From positions 2,801,483-2,825,482 of the forward strand of contig NZ_CP104011.1 in assembly GCF_025133575.1 (NCBI RefSeq): 24,000 bases of DNA. Reading direction: 5' to 3'. Shown one piece after another: positions 12,108-19,062 of this stretch (positions are counted from its first letter, which is position 1; each line of letters starts with the position of its first letter). Source of the DNA: Pseudomonas sp. GCEP-101. GTDB lineage: Bacteria > Pseudomonadota > Gammaproteobacteria > Pseudomonadales > Pseudomonadaceae. The notes beneath the pieces are model-generated. The model saw only the letters and a program-made list of their open reading frames with translations. It was not told where the DNA came from and searched no databases. The position numbers were made by a program, and so were the translations under genes.

Positions 12108-12502
12108 GTTTCGATGCTCTCTTGTTGCGTGGCGACCTGGCCGGCAGCGCGCTGCGCCCGGCCATCGCGAATGCGTTTGTTCAATCGACAGGCGCGGCAG
12201 CGTATCGCTGTGGAATACACCTGTCCCTGACAGTCTTCGTACCACCATTTCTGCTGCGCGGCGGTCCAGGTCTGCCGGACACCGCAGTCCCGGCAGGTGA
12301 ACTCCTGGTCCTCGTACCAGCCACGGCGCACGAACAATGGGTCGCCGTAGCTGTTGTAGGGTGCCAGGTTCGAGGGCGTGACCGGGAAGCTGCCGGGCGG
12401 TCCGGGGCGGTGCCCGGGGCGCCTGGCCTGCTCGGCTTTCCATGCCTTGCGCCGTTCGCGCTTCTGGCGGATTTCCTGACGGCGCTGCTTGTTGCTCTTC
12501 AC
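12104..12502 (-). CDS. Small basic zinc-ribbon protein, translationally coupled to rtcB
   Basis: 132-aa ORF with a GTG start at 12502 and AGGAG 8 nt upstream. The N-terminus is Arg/Lys-rich (KSNKQRRQEIRQKRERRKAWKAEQARR). The C-terminus has CRDC...CRAC (CxxC-N~34-CxxC). The stop overlaps the rtcB ATG as ATGA. Confidence 0.75.
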   Translation of the reverse strand: MKSNKQRRQEIRQKRERRKAWKAEQARRPGHRPGPPGSFPVTPSNLAPYNSYGDPLFVRRGWYEDQEFTCRDCGVRQTWTAAQQKWWYEDCQGQVYSTAIRCRACRLNKRIRDGRAQRAAGQVATQQESIET

Positions 12503-12533
12503 GTTGCCGACTCCTGCGCCGTGCAGGCCTTTG

Positions 12534-13283
12534 TCAGGCCTGCTTCAGCGTCACCAGTCCATTCAATACCTGATCCAGGCCGCCGAATACCGAGATACGG
12601 TCGATTCGTTCGGCGACCCGCTCCAGGGTCTCCAGTTCCTTCAGGCGCAGGGCGGTGGGGTTGTCCTCCATCACCTTGGCCGTGTTCAGCAGCGAGCGGG
12701 TCGCCGAGGTCTCTTCGCGACGGCGGATCACGTTCGCTTGCGCAGCCTTTTCCGCCTCCACCACCTGGGCGAGCAGGGTCTTCATCTCGCCGGGCAGGAT
12801 GATGTCGCGCACACCCAGGCCGCTGATTTCGATGCCGGTGCCCGGCAGCCGCTCGTTGAGGTAGGCGCTGACCGAGTCGTCGATGAGCTGCTTGTTCTCC
12901 AGCAACTCGTCCAGCGAACGGGTGCCCACCGCCGCGCGCAGGCCGAACTGCAACTCGCGGTAAAGGTGCTCCAGTGGCTTGGACAGGCTGGAAAACGCCG
13001 TCAGCACATCGCTGTAACGCCAGTTGGCGGCCAGGTTCAGGCGCAGGCTCACCTTGTCACGGGTGAGGATTTCCTGGCCGCTGACTTCCAGCGCCTGGAT
13101 CCGCGTATCGATCAGCTCCACGCTCACCTGGCGGTTGTAGCGCCAGAAGCCGTACTGGCCCGCCGGCAGCAACTCGACCACCGCACCGTCGACCTTCAGC
13201 ACGCCGACCTGGTAGGCCGGCACCAGGGTCACCAGCAGCGCCTCGGCGCCGATCACGCTGCGGCCGCGCAGGTTGCCCTGCAT
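12534..13283 (-). CDS. SPFH/band-7 (stomatin/slipin-like) domain protein; the distal part of a gene split by an in-frame TAG
   Basis: 249-aa ORF. The run VPAYQVGVLKVDGAVVELLPAGQYGFW...LTRDKVSLRLNLAANWR...GIEISGLGVRDIILPGEMKTLLAQVVEAEKAAQANVIRRREE is a typical SPFH core followed by the Ala/Glu-rich helix. Confidence 0.85.
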   Translation of the reverse strand: MQGNLRGRSVIGAEALLVTLVPAYQVGVLKVDGAVVELLPAGQYGFWRYNRQVSVELIDTRIQALEVSGQEILTRDKVSLRLNLAANWRYSDVLTAFSSLSKPLEHLYRELQFGLRAAVGTRSLDELLENKQLIDDSVSAYLNERLPGTGIEISGLGVRDIILPGEMKTLLAQVVEAEKAAQANVIRRREETSATRSLLNTAKVMEDNPTALRLKELETLERVAERIDRISVFGGLDQVLNGLVTLKQA

Positions 13284-13286
13284 CTG

Positions 13287-13676
13287 CTACAGCAACGCCG
13301 GAGCGACACGGTACTCCTGGCTCAGGTCGATGCGCTCCAGGCGCTGCTCGGTCTGGCCTTTCCAGTACAACCGGCGGCTGCCCGGCGCGAGGATTTCCGC
13401 CAGCACGCCGTCCTCGAAGCGCAGCCCGGCCTCGTTCTCGGCCAGGTCCATGCGGGTGAAATGGCGCTCGACCAGCGCCGGCTCGGACTGGCGCAGGTAG
13501 CCGGCCAGGCGGTGTTCGAACAGCGGGGTGTTCAGGCTGAAGGTTTCCACGCTCAGGCGGTTGTACAGGTCCAGGTGGCGGTAAATGCCCGGCTCGAGGA
13601 TCGCCAGGAAATCGCCCTCGGAGTACAGCAGGCCGCGTTCGTTCTTCTTCACGGTAAAGCGCTTCAGCAGTTTCAT
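13287..13676 (-). CDS. N-terminal segment (129 aa) in frame with the SPFH ORF and ending at an amber codon
   Basis: ORF 13287..13910 trimmed to ATG 13676, which is preceded by AAGGA. It reads MKLLKRFTVKKNERGLLYSEGDFLAILEPGIYRHLD...RVAPALL, then TAG (13289-13287), CAG, and ATG (13283). This is the same reading frame as the SPFH ORF. Confidence 0.7.
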   Translation of the reverse strand: MKLLKRFTVKKNERGLLYSEGDFLAILEPGIYRHLDLYNRLSVETFSLNTPLFEHRLAGYLRQSEPALVERHFTRMDLAENEAGLRFEDGVLAEILAPGSRRLYWKGQTEQRLERIDLSQEYRVAPALL

Positions 13677-13936
13677 CTTTTTCGTCCTTCTTCTGTTGTC
13701 CTGGGTGCCGGTGTCCGCCGGCCCGTCGGGTGGCGAGGCGGGGGCTCGCGAGAGCCAGGTGCTGCGGACTGCCTGTCCATTGCGCCGAATCCTTCGGCCA
13801 GCATCTGCCTTGTCGCGGGCCCGGTCCTCGCACCGGGCGGGTCGGCGGTGGCTTCGGGTCCCTGGCGTATCCGGCCTTCCTGGCCTCTTTGCGCCTGTCC
13901 CGTCGCCCACCGGCGGGGTGTTGCCTTCATGAGTAG

Positions 13937-13953
13937 CTGCCTTAACTGGGCAG
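13937..13953 (-). ncRNA. Free-standing anticodon-stem-loop-like hairpin
   Basis: Minus-strand RNA reads CUGCC-CAGUUAA-GGCAG, a 5-bp stem with a 7-nt loop. It starts one nt after the 3' acceptor strand of the second tRNA-like element. Confidence 0.5.
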
Positions 13954-14025
13954 TGTTCGAGCGGGAGTCGAACCCGCGACAGGCCATTTCTTGGATGGCT
14001 GCTCTACCGGACTGAGCTATCGAAC
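13954..14025 (-). ncRNA. tRNA-like element 2 (non-canonical cloverleaf)
   Basis: Minus strand reads GUUCGA-UA-GCUC-AGUCCGGUA-GAGC-A-GCCAU-CCAAGAA-AUGGC-CUGUC-GCGGG-UUCGACU-CCCGC-UCGAAC-A. It has good D and T arms. The acceptor stem is only 6 bp, position 33 is C, the nominal anticodon is AAG on a class-I body, and no CCA is encoded. Confidence 0.7.
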
Positions 14026-14097
14026 GGCGCGGGCAGGATTCGAACCTGCGACGGCTCCAGCAACGTGGAGTGCTCTACCGGGCTGAGCTACCGCGCC
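14026..14097 (-). ncRNA. tRNA-like element 1 (non-canonical cloverleaf)
   Basis: Minus strand reads GGCGCGG-UA-GCUC-AGCCCGGUA-GAGC-A-CUCCA-CGUUGC-UGGAG-CCGUC-GCAGG-UUCGAAU-CCUGC-CCGCGCC. It has a perfect 7-bp acceptor stem and a canonical T-loop and D-loop GG. The anticodon loop is 6 nt, and no CCA is encoded. Confidence 0.7.
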
Positions 14098-14215
14098 ATC
14101 GACCGTGACTGCTGCAGCGGCATGCCCGAAGCCGACACCAGGGGTGGGCTTGGGCACCGGCGGGGTTGGAACCCCTGCCCGTGGGCTGCATCAGCGATGC
14201 GGTCGAGGGAGATAT

Positions 14216-14231
14216 AGCGAGGGGCGTGCCA
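14216..14231 (-). promoter_or_regulatory. Putative sigma54 (-24/-12) promoter of the rtc operon
   Basis: Minus strand reads TGGCAC-GCCCC-TCGCT, with GG and GC separated by exactly 10 nt. It faces the tRNA-like elements and rtcB, and lies divergent from the sigma54 activator gene rtcR. The predicted TSS is near 14205. Confidence 0.6.
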
Positions 14232-14261
14232 GGTTGGCTTTCGATGGGTGTGGTGTGTTTT

Positions 14262-14274
14262 CAAATTATTGATA
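14262..14274 (-). promoter_or_regulatory. Candidate IHF site between rtcR and the sigma54 promoter
   Basis: Minus strand reads TATCAATAATTTG, which fits WATCAANNNNTTR. It sits in an AT-rich tract ~55-70 nt upstream of the predicted TSS. Confidence 0.4.
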
Positions 14275-14381
14275 AATAACGATTTAATTTTATTTGCGGT
14301 GTAAATTTCCGAGTTTGAGGATTGGCCGGTTCTGGGATTTATGGATATGCTGAGATCGTTGTTTATCTTTATGGATAAAAG

Positions 14382-15979
<1,598 letters not shown>

Positions 15980-15983
<4 letters not shown>

Positions 15984-16000
15984 GGCGCCACGCGCCTCAG
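15980..16000. terminator. Bidirectional hairpin containing both convergent stop codons
   Basis: ctgaggcgc-cac-gcgcctcag is a 9-bp stem. The rtcR TGA (15981-15983) and the TGA of the minus-strand gene (15999-15997) both lie within the stem arms. Confidence 0.5.
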
Positions 16001-17862
16001 TAGTGGTACCAGCGCAGCTCCAGCATCACTTCGCTGCGCGGGCTGGCCTCGTGGCTGAACTCGCGCTGGGCCGACAGGCGCAGGCCGAGGTTGCGGCCCA
16101 GTTCCACCTGCTGGCCGAAGCTCAGGGTGCGGCGCACTTCGCCGTTGTGGAAGTAGTCGCCCTTGCCTTCCAGGCTGAGGTTGCCCAGCGGGTTGCTCCA
16201 CAGCATGCCGGTGTCGAAGCCCATGGCCGGCGCGATGGTGGCGGCGAAGTCGGGGTTGTTCTCGATGCGGGCCGTGCCCAGGGCATAGGCTTGCAGGTCG
16301 TCGGTCAGCTTCCAGCTGCCGCCGGCGCCGCCGTTGAGGTGGCCGACGAGGGTATCGTGGTCATTGTCGCTGTGCTTGCCGATCACCCGCTCCCAGCCGC
16401 CGGCGACCTGCCACGAGAGCGGCTTGAGCAGCTCGTTGCGCGGCGTCATGGAGCGGATGGTGACCAGGTCCAGCTGCTGCAATTGCCAGCGGTTGCCTTC
16501 GTACTGGCGCAGCTTGAGCTGGCCGAGTTCGATCTGCGCGCCGAGGGGGAAGCCGTACGCGTTGTCGTCGAGGTCGTGGTAGGCCATGCGCAGGCCATAC
16601 TGGGCGAAGGCTTCGCCGTCGCGGCTGCCGGCGCCGATCTGCCAGGTGCGCGACTCGTGACCGTCCTCCGGCTGGCCGGGGCGTTCCACGGCCAGTGCCG
16701 GCGGCGGATTGCGGTTGATCGCCTTGAGCAGGTTGTAGCTGCGCGAGGCGGTGGATTGGTCGCGCTCCTGGCCGGTGGCGCGGTAACGCACCAGGCGGAA
16801 GGCCGTGTCCTGCACCAGCGCCTGGCGATCGGCGGGCAGGGCGGCGAATGCGGGGCTCTGCAGCTGGCTGTCGTCGTCGGCGATCTGGCGTGCCAGCACC
16901 TTCTCGTCATGGCTCAGGGGCTCGCCGCGGGCGAGCAGCTCGCGCTCGCGGGACGGGCGATAGTCGATCCGCTCGATCAGCCCGGCGTCCTTCACCGCGC
17001 GCACCGTGTCGGTGGGGATGGCGGTGAGGGGGAAGTGATCGGTGAGTTCGGTGCCGGGGCGGGCGATCTCCAGCAGCTCCAGCAGGCGGAACGAGCAGTT
17101 CTCGTCGAAGAAGTAGTACTTGAAGCGGATCTGCTTCAGCTCCCAGACGTGCTCGACCATGCGCGCGGTTTCTTCCGGCGTCAGGTTCAGGCGGTATTCC
17201 CAGAGGTCGCGGTTCTCCAGGCGGCTGTATTCGGAAAGCTTCTCGCGGTAGGGCACCAGGGCGAACAGGCCGGGGTAGCCGCCCATCAGGCCTTTCCAGG
17301 CGTAGAGGATGCTGTTGTCCATGCCCTCGATGTAGGCGCCGAAGTTGAGCGCGTAGCTGAGCAGGGCGGTGTGGTCGGAGTCGACGTCGGCCTGGTCGAT
17401 GCGCAGCAGCGTGTGGCCGAACATCGAGGACGGGCTGTTCAGGTAGGCGGCCGGGAACACCAGCACGGCGCTGTGCGGGTTGATGTCGTGGTACCAGGTG
17501 GTGAATTCCTTGCACTCCACCGCCGGCAGGTCATCGAGCTGCAATTGCTGGCGCAGCCAGCGGGTGCGCGCCGGATAGACGCACTGGGCGTGCTTGTCGC
17601 CGAGGCTCGCCGGGGCGTAGAGGGCGTTCACGGTGGCGGCCAGTTCCGCGTCGGGGTGGCGGTCTCCGTCCGCGGCGAGGAAGAACTTCGGGTCGTCGAC
17701 GAAGCTGCGCCAGCCACCGAGCTTGGCGTGTTCGTAGTGACCCAGGGCCAGCCAGTAGGGTTCGTCAGCCAGCGATTGCAGGCGTTGCGGGTCGATCTGC
17801 GGGGCCGCGATCAGTGGCGTGCAGGCGCACAGCGCCATCCAGGGCAACAGGCGTTTGGGCAT
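15997..17862 (-). CDS. DUF4105 (Lnb-like) domain protein; secreted, possibly outer-membrane associated
   Basis: 621-aa ORF with a signal peptide (MPKRLLPWMALCACTPLIAAP). The run LNSPSSMFGHTLLRID...YYFFDENCSFRLLELLE is typical of DUF4105 by my recollection. The C-terminal third is Gly/aromatic-rich and ends in WYHY, which is beta-barrel-like. Confidence 0.8.
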   Translation of the reverse strand: MPKRLLPWMALCACTPLIAAPQIDPQRLQSLADEPYWLALGHYEHAKLGGWRSFVDDPKFFLAADGDRHPDAELAATVNALYAPASLGDKHAQCVYPARTRWLRQQLQLDDLPAVECKEFTTWYHDINPHSAVLVFPAAYLNSPSSMFGHTLLRIDQADVDSDHTALLSYALNFGAYIEGMDNSILYAWKGLMGGYPGLFALVPYREKLSEYSRLENRDLWEYRLNLTPEETARMVEHVWELKQIRFKYYFFDENCSFRLLELLEIARPGTELTDHFPLTAIPTDTVRAVKDAGLIERIDYRPSRERELLARGEPLSHDEKVLARQIADDDSQLQSPAFAALPADRQALVQDTAFRLVRYRATGQERDQSTASRSYNLLKAINRNPPPALAVERPGQPEDGHESRTWQIGAGSRDGEAFAQYGLRMAYHDLDDNAYGFPLGAQIELGQLKLRQYEGNRWQLQQLDLVTIRSMTPRNELLKPLSWQVAGGWERVIGKHSDNDHDTLVGHLNGGAGGSWKLTDDLQAYALGTARIENNPDFAATIAPAMGFDTGMLWSNPLGNLSLEGKGDYFHNGEVRRTLSFGQQVELGRNLGLRLSAQREFSHEASPRSEVMLELRWYHY

Positions 17863-17888
17863 CGAGTGGGCTACTGGAAGGAAAGGGG

Positions 17889-17913
17889 GAGCCCGCCCGG
17901 AGCGGGCGGGCTC
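17889..17913 (-). terminator. Hairpin between the DUF3015 and DUF4105 genes (terminator or attenuator)
   Basis: gagcccgcccg-gag-cgggcgggctc is an 11-bp perfect stem. The downstream tract on the minus strand is C/U-rich (cccccuuuccuucc). Confidence 0.5.
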
Positions 17914-17923
17914 GCGTCGGCCA

Positions 17924-18412
17924 TCAGGCCTGTTCGGCGTACTTGGCCAGGGTGCTGTCCTGCTTCAGGACGGCCTGGGTGTTGGCGTAGACGTCTTCAG
18001 CGGTGACGTCGGACTTGTTGAAGATCTGGGCGAAGTGTTCGTGGGTGACCTGGGCGAAGTGCGCACGGTCCTCGGGCTTCACGCCCAGTACCACGGCGTA
18101 GGTGGTCAGCGCTTCGCCGTCACCCTTGGCCATGTCTTCGGACAGCTCGTCCATCATGCTGCTGAGCACGATCATCGGCTTGCCGCCGTAGGTCAGCGCG
18201 CCGTTGGTGTGGCAGCCGTTGGTGCCGGTGGTCATGCCGAAGGTGTTGTTGCCGCTGGTGCCGTTGGTGGTCGCTGCCAGGACGTGGGTGGCGGTGCCGC
18301 GCTGGCCCTTGAACAGCATGTTGCCCCAGCCGCAGCCGTCGCTGCCGGGTGCATCGGCGAGGGCGCTCACGGAGGCGGTGGCGAGGAGGGTACCGAGCAG
18401 AATCCTTTTCAT
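17924..18412 (-). CDS. DUF3015 family periplasmic protein
   Basis: ORF 17924..18493 trimmed to ATG 18412, giving MKRILLGTLLATASVSALADAPGSDGCGWGNMLFKG...TNGTSGNNTFGMTTGTNGC. The family assignment is from memory. Confidence 0.8.
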   Translation of the reverse strand: MKRILLGTLLATASVSALADAPGSDGCGWGNMLFKGQRGTATHVLAATTNGTSGNNTFGMTTGTNGCHTNGALTYGGKPMIVLSSMMDELSEDMAKGDGEALTTYAVVLGVKPEDRAHFAQVTHEHFAQIFNKSDVTAEDVYANTQAVLKQDSTLAKYAEQA

Positions 18413-18570
18413 CTTTTTTCTCTCTTTTTGAGGTCGGGGACCATTGAACAGCCGCTGACAGCAGAACAGCGCCAGGCCAGAGCTTTTCTCCATTGCCTGG
18501 CGGGTGTCAAGGCAGGCGCTGCCGCAGCCGCTCCGGCCGGGCCTGCGCAGGCGTCGCGAATGACCGGTAG

Positions 18571-18584
18571 TTGATCGGTATCAG
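18571..18584. promoter_or_regulatory. Second Anr/FNR-like box, in the divergent DUF3015 / dksA-traR-like intergenic region
   Basis: TTGATCGGTATCAG matches TTGAT-N4-ATCAA at 9 of 10 positions. It is centred ~65 nt upstream of the ATG at 18643. Confidence 0.45.
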
Positions 18585-18642
18585 CGGCGGAAGTCTTGGA
18601 ACCGACCACACTTGAATCAGTTCCCCTTGCGAGGAAGTAGTC

Positions 18643-18966
18643 ATGGTCGATTTCGATCCACGGCCAGCGCTGGACCAATTGGCGGCCGAGTATTCCAAAC
18701 GCGCCGAAGCCATCCGCCGCGACCTCGGTCGCAGCCATTCGCCGGACTTCGCCGAGCAGGCCCAGCAGCGGCAGAACGACGACGTGCTGCGCGCCCTGCT
18801 GGCCGAGGCGGAGGCGGGCATGCGCCTGGTGGGCCTGGCGCGCCTGCGCCTGGTCGAGGGCACCTATGGCGAATGCGCGCGTTGTGGCGAGGCCATCGAG
18901 GAGCGCCGCCTGCGCGCCCTGCCGGCCGCCGAGCACTGCCTGCGCTGCGCCGATGCGGTGGACTGA
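18643..18966 (+). CDS. DksA/TraR-family C4 zinc-finger protein
   Basis: 107-aa ORF. A coiled-coil-like N-terminus is followed by CARCGEAIEERRLRALPAAEHCLRCA (CxxC-N17-CxxC). Confidence 0.85.
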   Translation: MVDFDPRPALDQLAAEYSKRAEAIRRDLGRSHSPDFAEQAQQRQNDDVLRALLAEAEAGMRLVGLARLRLVEGTYGECARCGEAIEERRLRALPAAEHCLRCADAVD

Positions 18967-19062
18967 AACTGTCACCAATACTGCCTTGCCAGTGGCGCGC
19001 GGGCGGCGCGAGAATGCGGACGAATCTCCGCGGCCTCGCGCCGCCCGAAGCAAGGACCTCCA

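Noticed and set aside
13677-13936. Multiple GC hairpins (for example gcccggt-cctcgc-accgggc at 13819-13838 and gccgaa-tcc-ttcggc at 13784-13798) in the ~260-nt spacer between the tRNA-like module and the first CDS
   Set aside because: Individually these are indistinguishable from chance stems in 70% GC sequence. Without covariation data I cannot claim a defined structured RNA, though the long untranslated spacer is worth including in the conservation analysis of the main finding.
9012-14015. Extended or antisense ORFs in the rtc operon: 544-aa and 518-aa N-terminal extensions of rtcA and rtcB; plus-strand ORFs 10070..11059, 10797..12230 and 12489..14015; ORF 13287..13910 upstream extension
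   Set aside because: Homology to RtcA and RtcB begins at internal ATGs (10037 and 12107) with ATGA coupling to upstream genes. The extensions are Arg/Pro/Gly-rich and overlap real genes. The plus-strand ORFs are shadows. The extension beyond 13676 has no SD and an Arg/Pro-rich composition.
13954-14097. tRNA-like genes as an integration hotspot marking a genomic island
   Set aside because: No integrase, excisionase, transposase or phage gene is present anywhere in the window. The flanking genes are syntenic core genes. The only hint is the 12-nt direct repeat, which is reported separately at low interest.
18413-18642. Search for a small gene between the DUF3015 gene and the DksA/TraR-like gene
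   Set aside because: No ORF with a plausible start and SD was found on either strand. The region is treated as a divergent promoter region containing the Anr-like box.
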